This document shows, in pieces, positions 28,589-36,184 of a stretch of DNA of 64,000 nucleotides; the stretch's first letter is position 1; each line of letters begins with the position of its first letter. The translations under genes and the position numbers were made by a program. The notes beneath the pieces were generated by a model that saw only the letters and a program-made list of their open reading frames with translations, did not search any database and had not been told where the DNA came from. The stretch is from a virus (lineage: Duplodnaviria > Caudoviricetes): IMG/VR virus record IMGVR_UViG_3300012942_000041, positions 1 through 64,000 of that record; one strand, written 5' to 3'.

Positions 28589-30600
28589 GCCGCCACCTCC
28601 CTCGCCACCCAACCCGAAGCACCCTCGCCCACCTGCCAGGCGCCGGCCACGGCCTGGGCCCGCCACTCGGGCGCGCCTTCCGCCGCCGACCAGCCGCCCG
28701 GAACCTCGCGCGCCGTCCAGCCGGGCGCGCCCTCCGAGGCTTCGAACTCGGGCCGCGGCGGCACGAACACGGTGACCGCGCCGTCGGCCGCCGTGCCGCC
28801 GCTCGTGGAACTGGTGCCGGTGACCGTCGCGTTCCGGCCCGCGATCACCACACCCGTGGGAGCAGCGGAGGAACCGGAGGCCGCCGGGCCCGCGAGGGTC
28901 ACGCCCGCCTGAACCGCGCCAGCGCCCGCCGCACCGGGGCCTGATGCCGCGGCGCCCGGCAGGTCGAAGGCGAGCCCAACCGCAGCCGCGTCGCCCGCGC
29001 CGCCAGCCGCGGGCCCGGAGATACTCGCGCCCGCCTGCACGGCACCCTCAGCGGCCGTCCCGGAGCCCGCAGCCGAAGGCCCGACGACACTGGCCCCGGC
29101 GGAGACCCCACCGGGAGGCGCCGCACCCGAGCCAACCGCAGCCGGCCCGGCGATGGTGCTGCCCGCCTGGACACCGCCCGAAGACGCCTGCCCCGCTCCA
29201 GCCGCGGCCGTGCCGGGCTCCTGCTCCTCCACGCCGCCGGTGCTGGCCTGACCCGTGCTGCCCGCTGCCGTTCCGGTCAGCGTGATGCTGCCGCCGCCCG
29301 CCGGGGCAGCGCCTGTGCCGGACGCTGCACCGCCCATGATGGTGGTGCCCGCACCCGAGCCGCCCGCGGGCGCCGCGCCCGCGCTAGTCGCTGCCGCGCC
29401 GCCGACGGCGACCGGGACGCTCACGGCCCCAGCCGGGACACCGCCCGCCCCAGAAGCTGTCGGGCCGGGAACGGTGGCGCCAACGCCCAGAGCGCCGCCG
29501 GGAGCCTGCCCTGTGCCCGTGGCCGAAGGCCCGGCCACGACCGCGCTCACGCCGACCGCGCCCGCGCCCGCCGAACCTGTCCCGGTCGCGGTTGCGCCGG
29601 GGACGCCGGTGTCGGCCTCCACGCCACCCGCCACGGCCGCGCCGCCGCTTGCGGCTGCGGGGCCGATGACCGTGCCGCCAGCGCTGACCGCGCCAGGGCC
29701 AGCGGCGCCGGCGCCAGGGGCGCTCGGCCCGGCCTCGGTGGCGCCCGCCTGCACGGTGCCCGCGGTGGCGTGGCCGCCAGGGGCGGCCGTGCTGCCGGGG
29801 AGTGTGATCGATGCGGAGCCCGCCGGGGCCGCGCCTCCACCGGCCGCTGACGTGCCGGAGACCGCGACCCCGAGCGTCCCAGCCGACGCCGCGCCCGCGC
29901 CAGCAGCAGACGGCCCGGCCACGGTCGCGCCGGACGACACCGAACCCGCCGCCGCGATGCCCGGAGCAGTGCCCGGCGCGCCGCTGACGGTGGCGCCCGC
30001 GCTCACGGTGCCGGCGCCCCCGATCCCGGCACCGGTCGCGGACGAGCCCGCGATGGTGACGGGCGACGCGACGCTTACCGTCCCGGCCGGGGCCTGGCCG
30101 CTGCCCCCCGCGCTCGCGCCGGTGATGGTGGTGCCGGGCGGCCCGAAGTACATCTCGTCGCAGTACGCGACCGGCCCGGACGCGGCGGTGGGGAACAGGA
30201 TGATCGGGACGGCTTTGTTGCTGCCAGTGGCGGCCGGGGCGGTGAGGACGATGTGCGTCCACGTGTTCGCCGTCAACGCGACCGACGTTGAGAGCGTGCT
30301 GTAGTTGACGTACGTGCTGCCGTTGTACCAGTCGATCTCAGCGTTCGCGGTCTGGCCCGAGCTGGTGGTGTAGATCCAGTACGAGAACGTGTAGCTGACG
30401 CCGGCGGTGACGGACACCATCGGCGACTCGTAGATCGCTGAGGCGCTCGCGCCGGTCGCGGTGAGTTGCAGGCTGTGGGTGCCGTCGAGGGCGACGGTGG
30501 TGGACTGCGCGATCGTGGTGTGGGTGCCCGGGCCCCAGTCCGCGATGCTGGTCTCGACCGACTCCGCGTTGACGGACAGGAGGTTGCCGGGGATCGCCAC
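28585..30600 (-). CDS. Fibre-like protein: N-terminal CBM4/9-like domain plus long Gly/Ala repeats
   Basis: NLLSVNAESVE..GTHSLQLT..YCDEM CBM pattern; ~20-aa GxxAxGxGxAxAGxV repeats. Confidence 0.7.
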   Translation of the reverse strand: MAIPGNLLSVNAESVETSIADWGPGTHTTIAQSTTVALDGTHSLQLTATGASASAIYESPMVSVTAGVSYTFSYWIYTTSSGQTANAEIDWYNGSTYVNYSTLSTSVALTANTWTHIVLTAPAATGSNKAVPIILFPTAASGPVAYCDEMYFGPPGTTITGASAGGSGQAPAGTVSVASPVTIAGSSATGAGIGGAGTVSAGATVSGAPGTAPGIAAAGSVSSGATVAGPSAAGAGAASAGTLGVAVSGTSAAGGGAAPAGSASITLPGSTAAPGGHATAGTVQAGATEAGPSAPGAGAAGPGAVSAGGTVIGPAAASGGAAVAGGVEADTGVPGATATGTGSAGAGAVGVSAVVAGPSATGTGQAPGGALGVGATVPGPTASGAGGVPAGAVSVPVAVGGAAATSAGAAPAGGSGAGTTIMGGAASGTGAAPAGGGSITLTGTAAGSTGQASTGGVEEQEPGTAAAGAGQASSGGVQAGSTIAGPAAVGSGAAPPGGVSAGASVVGPSAAGSGTAAEGAVQAGASISGPAAGGAGDAAAVGLAFDLPGAAASGPGAAGAGAVQAGVTLAGPAASGSSAAPTGVVIAGRNATVTGTSSTSGGTAADGAVTVFVPPRPEFEASEGAPGWTAREVPGGWSAAEGAPEWRAQAVAGAWQVGEGASGWVAREVAA

Positions 30601-30623
30601 AGCTCAGCCCTCGCCCCGGTGGG

Positions 30624-31121
30624 TCAGCTCGCGGAGTACTGCACCAGGGTCTGCGCCACCGAGTTCGTGGTCGGGAGCTGCAGCGTGAACGTGGCAGCCG
30701 TCACGGTGGAGGCGCCGCCGAAGTCCCAGTAGGCGATGACCTGGTTGGTGGTGTCGGTGCCGCCGATGGTGTTGTCGAAGAAGAGCGCGTAGGACGCGGT
30801 GAAGCTCGCCGACGTCCACGCCGGGTTCGTCGACACGGTGATGCTGGTGTAGCCGACGCTGCCCGAGACCGTGCTGGAGACACCGACGGTGGCGAGGGTC
30901 TTCCGGCTGTAGCCGGTGCTGGTGGTGGATACCTCGGTGAGGGCGCCGCCGCCGGACCCGGCAAGGAAGTCGCTGACGGTCACCGCCGCCTCGGAAGTGC
31001 CGTTCCATGTGTAGGTGCCGGCACCGACCAGCAGCACCTGGAGGGTGTCGGTGGTGACGTTGGCCTGCTTCTTGAGGCAGGCCGCCGTCCATGACGGGAA
31101 GAGGTGCGCGGTGACGGCCAT
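30624..31121 (-). CDS. Beta-rich virion structural protein (fibre or decoration subunit)
   Basis: DTLQVLLV..EVS..GYSRKTL..W..FTA.YA..VIAYWDFG pattern seen in phage structural proteins. Confidence 0.6.
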   Translation of the reverse strand: MAVTAHLFPSWTAACLKKQANVTTDTLQVLLVGAGTYTWNGTSEAAVTVSDFLAGSGGGALTEVSTTSTGYSRKTLATVGVSSTVSGSVGYTSITVSTNPAWTSASFTASYALFFDNTIGGTDTTNQVIAYWDFGGASTVTAATFTLQLPTTNSVAQTLVQYSAS

Positions 31122-31148
31122 GTCGACTCCAGACAGGGGCGGTTCGGG

Positions 31149-31538
31149 TCAGGCGGTGGGGTGCGCCGACGGCGTCGCGGCGGGGCCGTGGATGGTGACG
31201 TGGCCCTCCTCCGGGTGCACGGCGACGTGCCCGTGCCGCGCCGTCTTGGCGGGGGCCGGCGCGGCGGCCTGCTGGAGGGCGGCGATCGCGGCCTTCAGGT
31301 CGGCGATCTCGGTCTTGATGTCGGCGACGGCGGTCTCGATGAGTGCCTTGGCGTCGTCCTCGGCCTGCGCGAAGAGCTGCTTGCCGTCGGCGGCGACGTC
31401 GGCGCGGACCTTGTCGAGGAGCGGCGCGACGCGCTCGGTGAGGTCGTTGAGGGCCTGCTGCACGAACTGCTGCACGTCCTCCGCGCCGACGCCGAGGAAC
31501 TTCGCGACGGCGTCGTGGAACTTCGTGAAGATGGACAC
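31149..31538 (-). CDS. Coiled-coil hypothetical protein
   Basis: GGAGG RBS before GTG; amphipathic helices. Confidence 0.65.
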   Translation of the reverse strand: MSIFTKFHDAVAKFLGVGAEDVQQFVQQALNDLTERVAPLLDKVRADVAADGKQLFAQAEDDAKALIETAVADIKTEIADLKAAIAALQQAAAPAPAKTARHGHVAVHPEEGHVTIHGPAATPSAHPTA

Positions 31539-31573
31539 GGGTGCCTCCATAGCGGGGTGAGGGTGAAGAGCGG

Positions 31574-31726
31574 TTAGTGCTGCGCGAGCTGAACGACGGT
31601 CGGGAGGATCGCGGCGGCGAGCCCGAGCGGCACCAGCACACCGGCGTAGGCCCGGGCCGGCGGCACCGCGGCGATCAGCCACAGCACGAATGCGGCGACG
31701 GCGCAGACGAGTTCGAGAGCGTGCAC
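31574..31726 (-). CDS. 50-aa two-TM membrane protein (absent from the ORF track)
   Basis: AGGAGG RBS; MHALELVCAVAAFVLWLIAAVPPARAYAGVLVPLGLAAAILPTVVQLAQH. Confidence 0.65.
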   Translation of the reverse strand: MHALELVCAVAAFVLWLIAAVPPARAYAGVLVPLGLAAAILPTVVQLAQH

Positions 31727-31736
31727 GACCGGCCTC

Positions 31737-32060
31737 CTACTGGGTGCGGCTGAGGTGGAGCATCCGGGCCAGGGATCGGGCGATCGCGGCCGGCTCGACG
31801 CTGGGGTGGTGGTGGTGCTCGACCCGGACCACCGCCTCGTCGTCGCCGGTGGGGACGTGGGCCTGGACGAACGCGGCGACGTCAGCGTCCACGTCGACCA
31901 GGGCGCCGGGGAACGTCAGCCGGACCTGGGATTCGCCGTTGGCGTCGAGGACCAGCTCGACCCGCTGGCAGTTCAGGACGGGTTCGCCGTCGACCTCGAT
32001 GGCGGTCTGCCGAGGGTCGCCGTTGCGGGTGGTCAGCTTGAGTCGGTGACGCTCAGGCAC
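31737..32060 (-). CDS. Hypothetical protein
   Basis: ORF with RBS in the late operon. Confidence 0.6.
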   Translation of the reverse strand: MPERHRLKLTTRNGDPRQTAIEVDGEPVLNCQRVELVLDANGESQVRLTFPGALVDVDADVAAFVQAHVPTGDDEAVVRVEHHHHPSVEPAAIARSLARMLHLSRTQ

Positions 32061-32129
32061 GGCGGGGCTCCCGGGAGGGTGGGGTGTGCGCGGCCCCGGT
32101 CAGCTCCCACTCCCGGGGGCCGCGCACGT

Positions 32130-32333
32130 CTAGTCGGGCAGGAACTCGGCGGTCTGCCCGTAGCGGGCGCGGCAGGGTTCGTCGTCGTGCCACCAGCGGC
32201 GCTCACCCAGCCATGCGGGGCCGCCGCAGCGGGAGCACGTGCCGGGGATCGGCGTGAAGTCGACCGGGGTGAGGAACGGGGCGGACAGCGCCCGGCCGAC
32301 GCTGTCGGGCGTCGGCTGGTCGTAGCCGCTCAC
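32130..32333 (-). CDS. Small Cys/His protein
   Basis: GTGA overlap; CSRCG..WH..C. Confidence 0.5.
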   Translation of the reverse strand: MSGYDQPTPDSVGRALSAPFLTPVDFTPIPGTCSRCGGPAWLGERRWWHDDEPCRARYGQTAEFLPD

Positions 32334-32590
32334 TCGGTCTCGGCCAGGATGAGCGCGGCCCAGTCGGGGAGCGGCTCGTCCCGAGACCACCCGAGATGCT
32401 CGCTCAGGAGTCCCCGGCCCGAAGGCGCCCCGCCGCCAGCAGGGTTGAGGGGGAGCCGGATCGGTTCCCCGCAGTCCGGGCAGTCCAGCTCCAGCGATGC
32501 AACAGCCACAGGAACCGGGTAGTTGATGGGCTCGCGGCCCGGCACCAACGGGGGAAGGCCGGGCCGCGAGCTGGCCGTCCCGCTCGCCAC
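32330..32590 (-). CDS. Small CPDCG protein
   Basis: ORF with a zinc knuckle. Confidence 0.45.
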   Translation of the reverse strand: MASGTASSRPGLPPLVPGREPINYPVPVAVASLELDCPDCGEPIRLPLNPAGGGAPSGRGLLSEHLGWSRDEPLPDWAALILAETE

Positions 32591-32671
32591 AGGCCACCCT
32601 CAGGGCCAGCACGGGACAGCAATCCCCGCCCAAGGCGCTGCCAAGCGCAGGCGGGGAGAACACGGGGAGGG

Positions 32672-32884
32672 TCAGGCTGCTCGAACGCCCTCGGGCAGCG
32701 GGGGAGCCGCACCCGGGCCGGCGTCGGTCGCCGGGGGCATCTCACGCAGGTCATAGCGGGCACGTTTGCCCTCGCCGAACCGGTGGACGCGGCCCTCCGA
32801 GGCCCACCGCCAGATCGTCCCCACCGGCCTGCCGGTCCACAGCGCGGCCTCAGCGGCGGTCACGAGCACGGGGTCCACGAGCAC
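32672..32884 (-). CDS. MerR-like HTH DNA-binding protein
   Basis: VTAAEAALWTGRPVGTIWRWASEGR..RYDL. Confidence 0.8.
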   Translation of the reverse strand: MLVDPVLVTAAEAALWTGRPVGTIWRWASEGRVHRFGEGKRARYDLREMPPATDAGPGAAPPLPEGVRAA

Positions 32885-32897
32885 CCCCCTACAACGC

Positions 32898-32930
32898 GAG
32901 AAGGGCCACCCCGGCGGGGCGGCCCTTCTC
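32898..32930. terminator. Hairpin downstream of a TTGACA promoter-like element at the head of the late operon
   Basis: GAGAAGGGCC...GGCCCTTCTC; minus-strand TTGACA at 32977-32982. Confidence 0.5.
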
Positions 32931-33001
32931 GACTCTACGTCCAGTTGATCACAGGTTGGCTTCGGTGCACGTCGTTTGTCAAGCCCGTGCCTGAAACAGC
33001 C

Positions 33002-33691
33002 TCAAGCGACCGCTGTGACAGGCGAGGAAAGACCCCGCATTGCCGCCCCCAGCGCCAGCCACTGATCCCGATCCCACCGTGTCCCACACCCCGGGCACTG
33101 GATCCGCAGTGCGAACGGCGACACCCGCAAACGCTCCCCACACGCCACCCCCGCCTGCGACATCACCGGGCAGGTGCCGATGGGGACCTGGGGGTCCTTC
33201 GCGCCGTTGATGACCGTGTCGACCTGGAGGTGCAGCCGCCGCACCGCCGCCAGATCATCAGCGACGTCCGCGTAGCCGGAGCACGCCCACCCGAGCGTGT
33301 TCAGCAGGAAACGGTGCACGTGCGGCAACGTCTGCGCGGCACTGCCCCGCCACGGCTGCACCGTCCACCCCAGCGCCCGCCGCCAGTCGTCCTCCACCGT
33401 CTGCAACTGCGCCACCATGCCCCCGGGCCCGATCAGGTTCAGCGGCCCCAGCACGACCGGCAGCGGTGCGGAGCGGGTTGCTCCCGTGACGCGCCCGGTC
33501 TGGTCGCCGCGGCCGGCGCCGGGGAGGAGCTTCGCGGGGAGTTGGGCATGCCACTTGAGGAGTTGGTCGAGCTGCTCGCGGGCGCGGTCTTCGCAGACCC
33601 GGCACACGACGCGGTCGAGTTCGTCGTGGTGCAACAGGCGGGGGCAGTGGGCGCAGCGAAGCTCTGGGCTCTGGTCGTCGTCGGAGTACAA
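33002..33691 (-). CDS. Zinc-binding actinophage protein; putative late-transcription regulator
   Basis: N-terminal CxxC..CxxC and C-terminal GTCP..CG..CPGCGTRW; position ahead of the late operon. Confidence 0.6.
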   Translation of the reverse strand: MYSDDDQSPELRCAHCPRLLHHDELDRVVCRVCEDRAREQLDQLLKWHAQLPAKLLPGAGRGDQTGRVTGATRSAPLPVVLGPLNLIGPGGMVAQLQTVEDDWRRALGWTVQPWRGSAAQTLPHVHRFLLNTLGWACSGYADVADDLAAVRRLHLQVDTVINGAKDPQVPIGTCPVMSQAGVACGERLRVSPFALRIQCPGCGTRWDRDQWLALGAAMRGLSSPVTAVA

Positions 33692-33745
33692 CAGGCCTCC
33701 CGTGGGTGCAGCGAGGGGTGTCGCCGCCAGTGTGACAGCCGGAGA

Positions 33746-33940
33746 CTACGCAGGGTTGCTGTCCCCGGTGTGCGGCCCGAGTTGCTCCCACAGCGTCTCG
33801 GCCTCGGCGTGGCTGATCGGCCGGTACGGGTAGCCGTTGACGGTGTCGACCAGCGACATCATGTTCCAGTCGTACCGGAACAACTCCACGGCGTCCCACC
33901 GCTCGCGGGCGGTGATCTCGGGCACGCGGACCTTCGGCAT
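33746..33940 (-). CDS. Small hypothetical protein
   Basis: MPKVRVPEITARERW.. 64 aa. Confidence 0.5.
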   Translation of the reverse strand: MPKVRVPEITARERWDAVELFRYDWNMMSLVDTVNGYPYRPISHAEAETLWEQLGPHTGDSNPA

Positions 33941-34106
33941 GCCGCCATGATGCCCGTCGCTCCTGCGCGACGTCACCAGGACCCGGACATGGCGGTGGCC
34001 CCGCTGCCGTCGGGGGGTCGGCAGCGGGGCCACAGCGGAGGATCCTGACTCCACCCTCAGTGTGCGGCACACCGCGAGCAGAGCGCAGCCGATCCCGGTG
34101 AACCGG

Positions 34107-34706
34107 TCACTGCCACGGTGGCCGGCCGCCTCGGGCCCACTCCGCCAACTCGCGTTCGCCGTACAGGCGGATCCCGGCCTGGGCGGCGTAGGAGCGGGCC
34201 GCCGGGGTGTAGCCGGAGGTGGTGACGACGGCGGCGAGGTCGGCGCGATGGACGACCGCATAGGTCCCGCCGACCTTCTGCACGTCCGGGCTGCCGACGC
34301 GGTTGGTCGCTGCGTACCGCTTCGCCTGGATGACGATGCGCCGCCCGTCGGGGGTGGTGGCGATGACGTCCGCGCCCAAGTCCCCGGCACCGCCCACGAC
34401 CCGAACGCCGGTGCAGCCGTCCCGCCGGCACAGCTCAGCGAGCGCCCGCTCGAACTCCGTAGGGGTCATGTGCCGATAGGCCGACACCTGCTGCGCACGC
34501 ACCCGCCACGCCGCCTGTCGCTCCCGCGCCTTCCGGTCCTTCGCGACCAGCCGCGCCATACCGAGACCGCCGGCCAGCAGCACGATCCATATCGTCAGGC
34601 CGATGTGACGGGCCGCCTCCTGCAGCACCCCGATGATGATCGCAAGGACGAACATCAACCCGCCGATGAACTGCGGGCCCGTGGTCTTCCTACGACGACG
34701 CGCCAT
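34107..34706 (-). CDS. Membrane-anchored Mrr-family endonuclease
   Basis: Two TM helices, then FERALAEL..GDLGADV..IQAKRY..VVTTSGYT Mrr_cat motifs. Confidence 0.9.
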   Translation of the reverse strand: MARRRRKTTGPQFIGGLMFVLAIIIGVLQEAARHIGLTIWIVLLAGGLGMARLVAKDRKARERQAAWRVRAQQVSAYRHMTPTEFERALAELCRRDGCTGVRVVGGAGDLGADVIATTPDGRRIVIQAKRYAATNRVGSPDVQKVGGTYAVVHRADLAAVVTTSGYTPAARSYAAQAGIRLYGERELAEWARGGRPPWQ

Positions 34707-34810
34707 GTCTTCCCCCCGTGTACGAAGTGGCCGCCGCAATCCTCGTCTGCGACGGCCACATATGGTGATCGAGTTGTGAAACCGTGACCACAAGCCAGTT
34801 ACCTCGCCCG

Positions 34811-35251
34811 CTACCTGCCGATGTGGAGGTTCGCGCCGTCGCCCTGCCGGACGTCCACGCGCACCTCGGAATCCAGCTTCGCGACATACAACGCCCCAGC
34901 CGCGCACACCACCATCGCGGCGATCGCAACCAGCGCGTGCCCCGCCAACGACATGCCCTTGAACATCCAGTACGAGCCCAGCTCGGCCACGCCCACACCC
35001 ACCCCGGTCCCGAACGCGGCGACACCGAAGCCGAGCATCCGCTGCGGCCACGGATCCACCGCCTGAGGCTGAGCCGCGAGGACCACGGCATACGAAGCAC
35101 GGCCCTGCTCGTCGTGAACCACCGTCAACGGCCGATCCGGCACTGCGATCGGCGCGGGCGCCAGCCGGTACGGCACGATCTCGCCCCCGCGGGCCGCGGG
35201 CGTGAAGTCGGGGTAGGCGGTGATGTCGAAGACCTCGTCCCGGCCGCTCAT
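34811..35251 (-). CDS. Spd-like membrane protein
   Basis: Two C-terminal TM helices; last gene group of the tra operon. Confidence 0.55.
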   Translation of the reverse strand: MSGRDEVFDITAYPDFTPAARGGEIVPYRLAPAPIAVPDRPLTVVHDEQGRASYAVVLAAQPQAVDPWPQRMLGFGVAAFGTGVGVGVAELGSYWMFKGMSLAGHALVAIAAMVVCAAGALYVAKLDSEVRVDVRQGDGANLHIGR

Positions 35252-35457
35252 CGCCCGCCCGCCTTGGTCTCCAGGGTGAACGAGTCGATCGGCCCGATCA
35301 GAGAGCTGTAGGCGGTCCTCCCGCACCTTGCGCAGTCTCCCCATGTCTCCATCTCCATCATTCCCTCGTTCTTGCGTCCCTTGAGCTGGGTGAAGTCGTT
35401 GGTGATGCTGACAAAGCCGTCTTCGCACCCGTTGCGGCACACCAGGGTGGGCTGCAT
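35248..35457 (-). CDS. Small zinc-binding protein
   Basis: CRNGC..CARCG; translationally coupled. Confidence 0.55.
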   Translation of the reverse strand: MQPTLVCRNGCEDGFVSITNDFTQLKGRKNEGMMEMETWGDCARCGRTAYSSLIGPIDSFTLETKAGGR

Positions 35458-36035
35458 CAGCTCCTCCCGGGCTTCGTCCTGGGCTTGGCGGCCGGGGCGG
35501 TGATCTTCGTGAGGTCCGTGCCTTCCGGCAGCTGCGCGAACCACGCGCCACCCACGGACACGCCGGCGTGCCGCTTGCGTTCGTGGGCGCGCAGGGCGCT
35601 GGTCGCGGTCTTCGCGTCGCGGTAGCGCGGCTTCTCCTTCGCGCCGCACGGGCAACGCCACCCGATCAACCCGGAGTCCTTGTCGACACCGAACCTGGCC
35701 TGCGCGTGAATCCGGGCCCGGTTCACCGTCATGGTGGTGGGCTTGGCCGGGCACGGCCGGGAGCCGGAGAAAGTGCCGTCCTTGGCCTTGGTGAACACGG
35801 TGCCCGTGCCGTGGCACTTGGGGCACCCCTGGTGGGTCGCGCGAAGGATCGCCGCGTCCTTGCGGGTGCGGACACGCTCGGCGCGACGCCGGGCCATGCG
35901 AGCGATCCACCGCCCGAGCCACGCACCCAGCGCACCGTCCCACGACCGCCGGGCCGAGGGCCGGCGGACGGTGGAAGTGCGGCGTGCAGGCGGCTTGCGC
36001 CGGGCGGGCGGGCGCTTCGCGGTCTTCGCGGCCAC
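35457..36035 (-). CDS. Basic zinc-finger protein downstream of traB
   Basis: CPKCHGTG (DnaJ-like) and CPCG..HxxxH motifs. Confidence 0.65.
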   Translation of the reverse strand: MAAKTAKRPPARRKPPARRTSTVRRPSARRSWDGALGAWLGRWIARMARRRAERVRTRKDAAILRATHQGCPKCHGTGTVFTKAKDGTFSGSRPCPAKPTTMTVNRARIHAQARFGVDKDSGLIGWRCPCGAKEKPRYRDAKTATSALRAHERKRHAGVSVGGAWFAQLPEGTDLTKITAPAAKPRTKPGRS

Positions 36036-36038
36036 GAT

Positions 36039-36184
36039 CGTCTCCTTGTCCGTTTCGTGTCGTCTTGCCGATCGTCTTCGGGGCGTCTCACCCCCGTCTT
36101 CGGCCCGTCTGACCTGCGCGCCCCGGCCAGTGATAGCCGGGGGCGCAGACGATCACCAGACGGGCCCCAGGCGGGGTCAAGACG
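36039..36184. repeat. Candidate clt (TraB-recognition) locus: CGTCT cores at ~11-bp phase plus inverted copies around a hairpin
   Basis: CGTCT at 36039, 36061, 36073, 36084, 36095, 36106 (CGTTT at 36051); AGACG at 36147, 36158, 36180; directly downstream of traB. Confidence 0.75.
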
